Below the pieces are notes generated by a model, which had not been told where the DNA came from, did no database searches, and worked only from the letters and a program-made list of their open reading frames with translations. From Glaucostegus cemiculus (Eukaryota): a DNA stretch of 64,000 bases. The stretch is taken from contig CDPCPM010000056.1 in the NCBI GenBank assembly GCA_976551045.1, positions 17,546,001-17,610,000 of the forward strand, written 5' to 3'. A program made the position numbers and the translations under genes. Below are positions 25,240-37,174 of this stretch, piece by piece. Each line of letters opens with the position of its first letter. The first letter of the stretch is position 1.

Positions 25240-26290
25240 AATAAGCAAAAAATACTCGCGATACTCAGAGAAACGGCGCTAAAGTTTCTTGGTGTCAAAT
25301 TTTTGAGATAAGATGTAGAGAACTGGTGAGAGGGAGGAACGAAAAGAAGGGGTTATCCATAAACGTAAGTGTGATTAATTGACAAAATAACGTGTGCGTC
25401 AAAGAGACAAGTCATGAAGTAAGAGATGGGCCTGGAGCAGAGGTAAATAGGATTAGCAGAATTAGTGGGTAAAATGATTGAATTAATTGTTAAAACCAGA
25501 TGATTGTGATGTGGCTGGTCAAAAGACAGACCGTGAGACGCTCTTGGTCTTAACGTGAGTTTCAGCAGAACGTTTCAAGAGGCTAGGCCCAGATACGCCA
25601 CAGTGCGAGGTGATTAGAGAATTAAAGTGTCGCGGTCATATATATGGAAGGAAAGGTGGATACTCCACAAAATTGTCAACCAATTACTTTTTTTTTTAGC
25701 TATAATGTGCACTCAGATAGTGTTCATTGATTCAGACATGGTATTTCCAGTGTAGAGGAGGAGAACACGTGGTGATAAGGTGGCTACTTTGCCGAACATC
25801 CCCATTTTCTATACAAGCATCCCTCGTTTGTCACTTAATTGCCCACCGCACCACTCTCATTATGACATTCCAGTCGCCACCCTCCTGCACTGTCCCAATG
25901 AAGTTCAAAATAATCTAATGGACCAGCATATTATTTTTCAACGAAGTTACGGCCAGTCGGATTTAGCACTGGGCTCAACAACTACAGACAATGATTCAGC
26001 TTTTCCTATTTACACTTAGTCTACACTCATCCAGTTTACTCGTTCCGTTGGCACTCACTGTTGCCTTTCATCATCATATTTTTTCTCATTAATCCCTCCT
26101 GTTTTGCATCCCATCAAATGCGGTCTTATGTTTCTTCCCTTTACCCCACCCACCCCTTTCTCTTCACGTTAAAATTACTTTATCGCATCCTTCTTATTGA
26201 ATCTGAAATAATAACTCTCTAGATGTCTAATATCTTATCTATCCGACATTTCCTATATTTATATCAGATCTCTATTTGTTCTATTAAAAT
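25240..26290. mobile_element. Degenerate Penelope-like element, inverted pair of 3' ends
   Basis: Plus strand HHSHYDIPVATLLHCPNEVQNNLMDQHIIFQ (~25850-25940) and minus strand RHFNSLITSHCGVSGPSLLKRSAE (~25561-25632) both resemble the C-terminus of the PLE GIY-YIG endonuclease. Confidence 0.6.
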
Positions 26291-26299
26291 CTTTGGTAA

Positions 26300-27800
26300 T
26301 AATTCTATTAGATATTCAGTAAGGAGAACAAACCCAGGTTCTCTAATGTCTCCTAGTCTCTGAAATCCCTTGTGACTGGTATCATCCAGCAAAGTTCCTC
26401 TATACCCATCCACCCCTCCCCAACACCTTGATCCCTTCCTAATGTTGAACAGAATTGTACACAATCCTGCAAGTGAAGTCTAAATAATGATTTATAAAGT
26501 TTTGACATGTCTGCATTGTTTTTTTTAATGTTTGTTGCCCCTATTTACAAAGCCAGATACATCCATTTCCAAGATCTGCAGAATTTTTGATTTCCACTTG
26601 CTTTTGTAACTGCCTTATCAATGGCTATCGTTAAGAACCGATGAACAAACACTATTCCCTAGTCAATCCCTCTTCATGTCAAAGCTGCACTGCCCATATT
26701 TAAGAGCAGATCATTCATAGAGCAATGGTTCCTAATACAGCGAGTGATCTAAAAACATTCTTCTCTTAAGTCACCCTTCACCATTACTTTCGAGAAACAA
26801 AGGACTGCAGATGCTGGAATCTAGATGAAAAACACGATGATGCTGGAGGAACTCAGCAGGCCAGGCAGCAACCGTGGAGAAAAGCAGGTGGTCCTGAAGA
26901 AGGGACCTGACCTGTAACATTGACCGCTTGTTTTTCTCCACAGATGCTGCCTGGCCTGCAGAATTCCTCCAGCATCGTCGCGTTTTTCACCATTACTTCC
27001 GGCCACCTATCCATTACCCAATTACATGCACAAATAGTCATGTCGTTTTAGTATCATATGCTTCTATTTCCTGAAAGTCTGTCATATGGCACTTTATCAA
27101 ATACCTTTTGAAAGTCCATATATACATCTACTACATTCATCCACATTCTTTCATACATTGTCATCCAAGGGGTGAAAGAGCATAATTTTATTTTCAGCCT
27201 AACTTCAACTCATCCGCTAGGAGGAAGTTCACAACTAAACATCACAACAGTATCTGAAAAGTATGTTGCCTTTTGATCAATGGAGTGATGACCATAACCT
27301 TCAAAAAGCCATTGTAGAAGTCCGTCGTCCACTGAATTAGGCTACGGGTCGTGGATTTGACAAACGAATAATATAAATCTCTTGAGGGCCAAATGTAACC
27401 ACCTGTGAAGATACTGAAGGCAAATTCCATCAGTGCTATCACACACAGGAAAGACTTTTTGAGCACAGAATATGGCTACTTCCATAGGGCAAATGGTCAT
27501 CATTTTATCTTAAAGAACCCAGTCAGGTTAGTACGACACAAATCCGCCTTTAACAAATCTGTGCTGGTTGCCCATGCTTCTCCAGGTGAAAATTAATTTT
27601 GTCTTTGATGCTTGTTTCTAATTGTTTCCATAACAACAACGTTATTTTTTTTTGGCTTTTATTGCCAGATCTGTCCATTCCCTATCTGAACAGGGCGTGA
27701 ACATTTGCTTCCTCCAATCCTCTGCCACCACTGGTATATGAAAGTTGGAAGACTTTGTTCCACTCTAGAGTCGCTAATCCACCGAGGTAACGTCCCACCC
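26300..27800 (-). mobile_element. Degenerate CR1 ORF2 remnant, interrupted by the element at 26790-26990
   Basis: TTTATCAAATACCTTTTGAAAGTCCATATATACATC is the reverse complement of DVYMDFQKVFDK. Further RT-like segments nearby. Confidence 0.6.
26790..26989 (+). mobile_element. Young Penelope-derived hairpin element with a hammerhead-like core and a 13-bp flanking direct repeat
   Basis: Arms ~26826-26893 and 26922-26989 pair. Core CTGAAGA at 26894-26900. TTCACCATTACTT at 26777-26789 and 26986-26998. Confidence 0.8.
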
Positions 27801-29681
27801 AGACCAAACGACAAGAACATTGAGTGATGCCAACTTAATCTTGTCTTGTTTTATCCTCCACCTTAATCTTGCTCGTTCCCTCTCTCCTTTCTCCCACTTC
27901 TGCCTCTTCACCAACCCTCAGCACCCACAGAAGATGTGTTCCTAATCAGTGGCATTGTTCTTCTAACTATATATGTTAAATGTCTGTGAAATGTTTGGGC
28001 ACCCTTTACGTTATTTATTTTTTCTTGGTGAGCTTTCTTTCCCCTTCTTATCTCCTTTTCACTTTCCTCATGTACTCTGTGCCAACTTTGCCCAGACACC
28101 GCCTTCTCTACCTGAATCCGCCTTAAACCTTTCCCTGATTTACTTTAATCTGTTTCCTTTGTCGTCCGCAGGGCTCTAGTTTTCGAAGGCCGTCCCTCCT
28201 CCTTATGAGAATATGTGCGATTTGTAAACGGACTCTCTCTGCCGTGAAGGCCTGTCATTGTTTAAGAAAACCGTCTTAGAATAAGAATCGGTACAATGAA
28301 TAACTTTTTTAATGGATTAGGGTGTTAGGAGGAAGAAATACATCTTTCCTTGAAGCATCATCTGCATTAGAACTCCTGCGACGAAATTACACAAGCTAAA
28401 TTGTCGTTAAGTAAATAAAGTTAACCTAAAGTTTCAAAGCGATCTGGCGCCTGAAATGAAAGGTTTTAACTTTCTTTTGTTAGCTCTTGAAAATCATGCT
28501 TTAATTCCGAGATAAAGAGGTGACGTGTCCTGCATTCCAGAAGGCGGTTTTGTTCTTGCTTCTGACGCATGGTATAGTGAGCCATGATGGAGTTTAAATC
28601 CTCCTGCCAGAAATTAAGGCGGCGTGTATATCAGTCTACAAGGAACAAGTGCCGAATGCAGAGGGCGAGAGAAAGAAAGTGGAGGACAGAAAGGGAAAAG
28701 AGAAAGCAAAATACACAAGAAAGGGTAGCAATACTGGAGGGAGGCAAATAAGGCCAAAGTCAAAAACTATAAAAAGAAAGTGGGAAAGTTTTTAAAAAGC
28801 GGAAAAAAAGGGCAGCCCTGCAGTCGGTGAAGGGAAAGCGTGGGGAATTAAAAGAGGGGTACAAGTCTGAGTTCTAAAAGTAGGCTCATTCTAAAAGTTA
28901 CTCAATATCGCCTTATTAAAAAGTATCTCGAGCGAAAGAGAGCATCCTTAAGAATGTCCACCAAGCAGGGCCTTGAGGAATTGTCGGTGCTGAAGTCAAA
29001 AAGCACAGTGGAGATTTAAACAAAAGAGAATTGTGATATGTGCTCAGTTAAACGTACTTTGTACGTATGAGCATTCGTCCTGTCTTTCTCAGAATTGTGT
29101 TTGTGCAACAATAAAGATGAAAGTGAACCACACGGTAATTGCTAATCTTCGCTGTATCAAATTTCCAACAATCCAAAGAGTAGAACTTCAGGTTCCCACG
29201 TTTAAAGCTAATGTAAACTATGGAATATCACTATGTAAGAACACAAAGGCCTGGATAATAAATTTGTGCGGTTGTAAAATCCAACCACTTAAATAAAAAA
29301 CGTTAATCGAAGTACCAGCAATGTCATGATATTCTCAAGGAGATGATATAATCTCCAATGAATCAGTGCTGACATTTCTTTAAACTTATATTCAACCATA
29401 TTTCGTGTTTTCCTCTCAATTCCTATTGATAACACACAATTTAGATTAACATCAAATATGGAACAGATTTTTGAAACTCCAGATTCCAATAAATTGAAAA
29501 AGCCCATCCGATAGTGTGTCTTTGGAGGTGTTTATATCCTTACCTACTTATTTTCGGCGCACTGGTTCCATGTGTGCGGATATCAATGTATTTCTCTCTG
29601 CTGTACATATGTACTATAAATGTTTTGATGACTGCACATGTGCCTGTCTCTCATGCATGCCCCAATTGTATGCATGTGTGT

Positions 29682-29823
29682 NNNNNNNNNNNNNNNNNNN
29701 NNNNNNNNNNNNNNNNNNNNNNNNNNNNNNNNNNNNNNNNNNNNNNNNNNNNNNNNNNNNNNNNNNNNNNNNNNNNNNNNNNNNNNNNNNNNNNNNNNNN
29801 NNNNNNNNNNNNNNNNNNNNNNN
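29682..29823. other. Assembly gap (N run), probably at a TG/CA microsatellite
   Basis: 142 N preceded by TGTGTGT. Confidence 0.95.
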
Positions 29824-31371
29824 ACATAAACTTCTGAAGAGTTATACTGAGTCCACAGACATTACATTTTGACGATTGCACTTTTGATTTTCTAACAGCT
29901 TTACAAACTGTTCTAAGCAGTTTGAAGTTTTAAATAGCAGCGTTAATTTAATTATTCAAGCTGCAGTGCTAGATATTTGATTTTCTAATATGTTCTTGGC
30001 ACAAACAGAGATCCAAACACTGGGCGCGGAGACATTTCTCCATTCATCTATAAATGCGTATCTACACTATGCAGATATGTATGTATGCGTGTGCATCCAT
30101 ACTGGTGAGATAAATAAATACTTATACAAAGAATGGTTCCAATGTACAAGCATGCCTTCACACTGTAGAGGCATAGCAGATGCATAAAATGTATCCTAAC
30201 AGTATACACATCAACAGATTGCACACACGCCTGCAATATTGCAGACTGTACCTATGAATATAGAATTGGCATATATGCATTACATATTATATAAAACACA
30301 AATATCCTTGGGATATGCATATCTATAGCATTGTACCCACTGAGGTACGCAGCCAGCAGCACCGACAGGACGAGTACACTCCGTGAGTTAGATAGTTCAA
30401 ATGTCAACTGTGCGCAGAATTATAAATATGTCTATACATGTGCAACTTTACACGAAATAGAAAGATCAAATTACTTATTTATGATATCATTCGCCTTTAT
30501 TCTCAGTCTTAACTCCTTTCATTTAGATAATTGATTTTTTTTCCCTGCCGTTTCTTAGGAGTAATTTGTAACCGCTTTTAAGATGCTTTAAAAATGATCA
30601 AAAGGGTTTCGAGCCACTCAGAGCCGAGTTTGGGGGGAAAGGAGCAGATTTTCCCAGTGACGGCATTTAAACTCCTTTGCCGCATATTGCTGACAAGTTG
30701 ATATTTCCCTGTTGCAGAGTTCCAAAAAGCTGAATTGAAACCCAGTAAAAGAATGAGGTTTGCATTTATTTTTCTCTCTCTCTCTTTTGTCTTTTTAAGG
30801 CTGTCAGAGTGCGTTAGTCTCTCAGAAAATTAGTCGTTTGGATCATCTTCTTACCAAAACAAAATCTGAGCTTTTTAAAGCAATACCGGATTATAGCAAG
30901 AGGCTTTGTTTTGCTAAATCGAAGGATTAGAGAAGATTTGCCACCATAACGTTGTGGTTTTATCGTCCTTTTATCCCTTCGTGTTGGTAAAGCTGTGTTG
31001 CTTCAGGATTAGGGTTTTACAAAGACCTTCCTTGTGCTGCTCTGAGGCAGATAGGTGCAAATCCACGGATATGGGAGGCTTGCCTAGGTTGCTCCTAGCC
31101 ACAAATCCGCATGTAAATTCTACTGCCGTCAAATCCAGTGGCCAGCAATATGGATTTTTCTCTTCTCCATAGTCAAGTTTAGAAAAAAAAACAGCTATAT
31201 GATGAAGTCCTTCACATGCTTCTTTAAACCGTTAAGATCTTGAGAATTTATTTTGTACGAGTCAAAGTATATCAGGGATAGTGCTTCCTAATACTTTATC
31301 AAAGGAAGAAAGCCTTTATTTGTATTCACATACTTTTGGTGATCATGTTTTCCTTTTAAAGCTGTCTGTGC

Positions 31372-31382
31372 AGAGAGAGAGA

Positions 31383-31426
<44 letters not shown>
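31372..31426 (+). repeat. Compound (AG)n(GT)n microsatellite
   Basis: Read directly from the sequence. Confidence 0.98.
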
Positions 31427-31428
<2 letters not shown>

Positions 31429-34400
31429 GAGTTTGCCAAATTATGTAATTAAAATAGTCAGTTCGAACGAGTAATGTTATTGTATACTACATATTGATAC
31501 ACATATTAACATTATAGATAGACAACACTGAATGTTTTAATTTAATGTTTTGACGTCGTCGCACAAGGGAATGATCCAGTAATGTATTCTATATATTATG
31601 TTCATGTTTGAGTGATTTGTTCTTCCTTCCAAAGTTCAGCTTTCTAAATGTATCAGAAGTGTGACCTGGAGATAATATACATCACGACAGCTGGCACTTG
31701 ATTCTAGAATGGCATTTCTTTTTAAGAACATTATAAATTGCTTTACTTTTATGAAGAATATCGCAGAAGTGCTGCTGATATTATCATAATTGCTTTACTT
31801 GTTATTAAATATGCCGCAACTGTAAGATAGTAGGGCATGGACTAGTCTCATTCTCTAAAGTATAGACTTAAACCCTTCATAGTCTTGTCAATGTGCATTA
31901 ACTGCACTTGCTACAAAATGCAATCCCCTCTGTCCAAAATAACACTACAGAGCAACATGACACTAAAATATATCAATGCCCCAATGCAGTTACATACATA
32001 CAGGCCCACGTGGATTGAGACACACCTTGACAAATGCACACTCACAAATACATATACAAACATAACGCACTTTGCTGAATATTCTCAAAGGCTTGCCAGA
32101 ATATATTACTTATATCATTAAAATTACACTGGATCTGCAATTAGTACAGGTTAGAAAATAAACCCTGACATCCACCAGTAGGATTAAACCACCATGTGAT
32201 CGCCACCCCATCGCCTAGACAAACTCCAAACATTTAGACCGATCAGATCAACAGGCTGTTTGACCCCTTTTATGAAGTGAAATACCCAAATAAAAGTCAT
32301 TTCCTTCCGTGATTGTTTTATGGTTACTGGCGGACGTCCACTGTGTTTATTGGCTCCATTCATCTGTTAGTTCCCAATAATTTAGCAAAATAAACTATAA
32401 TAACTTTGTTTCCTAAATTATTGGGGACTAAAGAATTCAAATGCATATTAGGAGAAACCGGGCGATGTTCACTTGGGATTTTGAAGGAAATCGTTGGAAG
32501 TGGTTTGGCAGAGGATATGGAAATCCTGAGACAAATCAAATGCATACCTACAGTCTTATTAAAATCCAACAGCTGCTCGATCAGGCTGGGACTTTGTGGC
32601 GCATTTCAGTGGTGGGATGGGGATGTGAAAGAAGCAGAAGGACAGGGCAAACACTTACATGCGTTTATGTTTGGAGTACACTTGTTTGCCACTCAAGCAC
32701 CATCCGAGATAGATATGTTTACTGCTACTCGGATGAGCGCAATTCATTTTAAACCACTCGTCGTTATCTACAGAATTGTTTTTTTTTAAATTTGCTTGGC
32801 TTTTAAATTGTATTTGTGCTTCGTATAAATATGAACACTTGTTGCAACTGAAACGGGACCAGTAAAGAGGAGGACATAGTTGTTCAGTAGCAATTCTAAC
32901 CTGGGGCTCAGGTCACTAGGATGCGAATATTCCTCTTATTATCAAGGTTTCCTCTATTTAGAAACGTAAATGTTTCCACTTTTTAGGAACACATTCGCGA
33001 CGAGCAAAACATACATAGTAGGATTCCACCACCCCGTAAACTAGGACGCGTTCTATTCTATGCAGGTAGTAGCATTTGTCTCAATATTTGATGGAAATCC
33101 ATTCGCACAAGTTCTGGGACACAATTTTAAATAATCTTTCAACTTCTATGATCTTTCATTTTAGTTTGTTCAGTGTTTACTAACTTTTTACCAAGTATGG
33201 AACTTCCACGTCATGTGATTTTCTTTCACTTTCTCTGTGACTTGGAACTAAACAAACTAGTTCCCAAATTTTTTAACAGGATTTCAACAATATCATTTGT
33301 GAGAACCCTCTCTGTAAATGCAACGCTAATCCAGAGAATTTGCACTATTCCTCAGGCTTTCGCTATAGAAAATAGGAACATGTGTGTATTATAAAGAGTT
33401 GTATGTGTGTGATTGAATTGAATTCAGCTGATCTACTGGATTAGGTTTAAAGCGAAATTCGACGTGCAAGACGGCCAATGAAGCCAACGAAAGAGAGTTG
33501 GTCGCACAAGAACAGAGAATCAAAAGCCGAGGCGAACTGACTCGGTGAAGTTAAACTAGGAGCTGATTATAATTTGAATCAATTCACGACAGGAATTAAT
33601 TCATGCTGGAAGTGTGGATGTGCTAATTTGGTCTAATGTAGAATTATATGGTCATCTCTATTTTCATGTAGCACTAGCATTTTATCGAGTGTGACCCTTG
33701 AAGGTGTAGAACCTTGCACCCATAACTATCTTGCAGTTCACCTTGGACAGAAAACGGCGTTATTATGCGGAAGATCGCGCGAACGTGTGCTCACTTATTT
33801 AGATTTATTTTGTTTCAAGATATTAACATTACACGTCCGAAGTGGAAAGTGAATGGATGTTCACCTATGCAAGCACGAATTAGACGGTCCACCTTTGAGG
33901 AAAAAGAATGAAGTATTATCTAATGTAATTGATGACCTTTTATGGAGGAGGCAAAGATTCTGCTACAACATCCTTCTCATTCAATTGTAGAGCGTAAACT
34001 GTGGGGCAGGTTGTTTAAGAGCTGAAGTTAGATTGTGTTTAAATGAGAAATAATGTCGGTAAATTGTTTCAAGGTTCTGTTTTCACTGGAAGAGTCAAGT
34101 TTCAAATGAAGAAGTTTCAGATCAGCATGAGTTAAGATCAAACTCTGGTTAAAAAAGAAAGAAAAGTTTCACTGCCTAAGCAAGCAACCCCGTCGCTTTT
34201 AGACATCAAATAAACGCCGAGCAGTTTAGGTGCAGACATAATTAATAATTTAGTATACATAAAATGTTAATGTGGGAAAAACGTGCCTTTAGTAATGATT
34301 TGCCTAATGCAGCGAATTGTGAAATGGGACTGATCAGATCATTTATTTATTAAATACAATCTAAACAAATCTATTCACTAACTTATGTATAAGGCGCTAG

Positions 34401-36909
34401 GTGGACGTCTATTTTTTTCGACTGGAATTGAAAATTATTTTTCTTCTTTATTGCAAATATCACCGTCGAGTCAAAGAAGGGCGGACTGTGACATATTTTC
34501 TTCAATTACACCACTGGATTTAAAGAGTGGGAATTTCAGTCGTAAATCAAAGCTCTAAGTTGATATGTGATAAAGTATCTGATAATTACATTTTGTTGTT
34601 TGTAGATCATTACTTTGGATTGAAATAATTTGGTTTTAAACTTGACAATAAAACGACATTAAAAGGAATTAATTACTCGGATAGTGCAAGTGAATGAACT
34701 CGGTAATGTGGAACACCGCTGCCTTTGTGACATTCAAATCACCTTAAACTCCTTCTTTGGGCACTTGTTTAAAAAAAAATGAAAGAAAATGACATTCCAG
34801 TCACCTAAAACTTTCTTAAACGAGATTAGAAGGAGAATTGGCGGCTCTTGTCATCAATAAAACGATTTTCTTTTGGTCGGTGTGTGAAGTACAGGTGTAG
34901 GAGAGGAGATCTTCGCTAACAGGTAGGTCTATTCACACAGCCTGCTGCCTAATTCTCCCACAGCCCCGCTCAGACGAAGCCAGCGCTAATAACATGTCGT
35001 GGAGATGGCTGCTGGCAAATTGCTTTGTTATTCTTGTCAGAAGAGGTCCCTAGGAACCAGTCAATTTTAAACGATACATCAAAATGATTAATTGCCTTTA
35101 AATGAGCATCTGTTGGGTACCCTTGGTCAGGTTGGTTGCAAAGTTGGAGGGGGGGGGGCGGGAGACAGGAAAGCGCAAAGGGCTGAAAAACATAATGTAT
35201 TCATAAAGTAAAAGTGATTAGATCTATTAATTAGTTGACAGCCGCCAATAGATTCTCTTTTCTACTTTCAGATGTTAAGTTGTTTTAAGGGGGAGGGAAT
35301 GGGGAGAGGGTTTCGCAGTGTGTTGGCGTGACTATGATTCTGAGACGACTCGGAGTCATTCCAAAGCTTTTTGTTGGCCCTTTCATTTCTCTATCTGTTT
35401 CAAATATTAATACTTAATTCAGGAAAAGAAAGTTGGCGGCATCAAAGCTGGCATTCTGGGGCCGCTAACAACGTTATTCTATGTGTTACTTAGGGAAGAA
35501 AGAGGTGGGGGAACTCTGAGCGTGAAGGTAGAAAAGGCAAAAGGTAGAAAAGGGGCGAGTTTGGAAAAGGAATCGGGCAAGTTCTCGTGAGCGCTTCAAA
35601 TTAAACATTGAGAAAAGGTAGAAGGAATGGGGACATGTTCTAGCGAAATCAACCTTCTTAATATTTTACTTCAAATCTTCTGATGGACTGGACACTAGTC
35701 TGCATTAAGCCCCACTGAAAGCTGGCTTTAAGGAAAAGCTGAGAGGAATTTATTCTCGGTTTAATTGCTTTAGAACGGCTCCCACAATGACTCATTTGAG
35801 AGATTTTGCGCCCATTTAAGTCCCTACTTTCAGCAGTTCACAAGTTAATCCCCTTTCATTCTGCAGACCCGCAGTTGGCTTGAGACAAGGGAGCCTGCTA
35901 GACAGAAACTTAAACATATAAGCGGCCAGTGTTTTAGCGGGTGTTTCCAAACAACGGCAGCAACAGCAGCGTGGAAACAAGAGAACTCTGTGGAAAAAAA
36001 AGGTGTGAGAGAAATAAAGGCGAGATGAAAGGAGGATTGGTGAAATATGCAAAATAAATAAAAAGACTGGAGATCTGTTAGTCAATATCAGGACAGCAGA
36101 GCTTAACGCTGCAATAAGATAGAAAATTACAACCCAGTGGTTAAAGAAAGCCACGCAAGTAGTTTAAATAACTAGACACAAATCTCACAGAGCAATCTTT
36201 TACGAGAAATGTCTCAACTATTACTCAATAAAGGTATTACCTCCCCTATATTAGAGCAAAGTTTTCTTCCGCACTATGGGAAGGAGACGCTATCGAGCAC
36301 ACATCAAGAAGAGACGGGCATTATTGCTTTAATCCTCTTACCAGTAGTCATTTTAAGGCAGCTTTTTGGTGTGTGGAATGGCGTCGTGTTGCCCCAATCC
36401 CAGTTTAAGCCGTCAGGGCTGGGAGAGATTGTATGGGAAGGACCCGGGGCTCTATTAGCAATATCCAGAGGGTTAGAGCCGTCCATTCTGCTGCGAAAAA
36501 GCATGACAAATCTGAAAAGCAAATAAAATCAACGGTTGAGTTCGTCAACCCTGTACCAAAAACTGTACAGCCCCCTACTAACAGGAAAATGATATCCGTG
36601 TACAGTAGACACTCCCCACTTAAATACTGAGCTATTTTTTTGTTCTGTGGGGAGGGGAAAAGTTGGTCCTTCTTGTCGAAAATATATCAGGAATTCTTTA
36701 TTGTGTTTTAATGTGTGAAGCTGATTTGATCTGTGCAGATAGGAACGTGACGCAGGTTGTTTTATAAGAAGTTTGTGCAGAAGTAAGAGGAAGACCAAGA
36801 GACCATGCTTTGATTGACATGTTGAAGGACCATTGAAATCCTGCAGCCTTGCTCTTGGCTCCTGAAGCACGCCAGTGGTTCTGTTTTAAACTCCTGCATC
36901 AGCCTACTT

Positions 36910-36942
36910 CCCAGCAGATGGCAACATACCCTATCATTGGCT
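36910..36942 (+). promoter_or_regulatory. CTCF-like motif plus reverse CCAAT (NF-Y) box
   Basis: CCAGCAGATGGCAAC at 36911-36925 fits CCASYAGRKGGCR. TCATTGGCT (reverse complement AGCCAATGA) at 36934-36942. Confidence 0.55.
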
Positions 36943-36959
36943 GCAACTTTCTAATGTAA

Positions 36960-37174
36960 ACTGCAGGAACGGAGTCTGAGAGACATCGAGAGAGAGGCAG
37001 AGCGATACCAAAAGAGAGACAAGAGGTGTCTGCAGACAGAAGTAAAACGACAGAACTGTCTCACTGAACAATTCAGAATTCTAAGTGTTAGATATTCTGT
37101 CTGCCTTTTTACTCAAGAGCCCTTGCAAGGAGTCTATCTTCCGTGGGCTAGTGGAAAGATTCGGGTTTAGAAAG
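36960..37174 (+). other. Candidate non-coding first exon (start approximate)
   Basis: Lies just downstream of the CCAAT box, has a GA-rich leader, and ends in a perfect donor AAG|GTAAGT (37175-37180). Confidence 0.5.

Noticed and set aside
27840-28860. Pyrimidine-rich tract followed by a purine-rich tract, a possible inverted repeat
   Set aside because: Only a compositional bias. I could not align the two tracts.
32406-32789. 127-aa ORF, and other 100-138-aa ORFs at 15258, 35816, 36209, 36529 and 37456
   Set aside because: No recognisable domains or supporting splice structure, and the lengths are plausible by chance.
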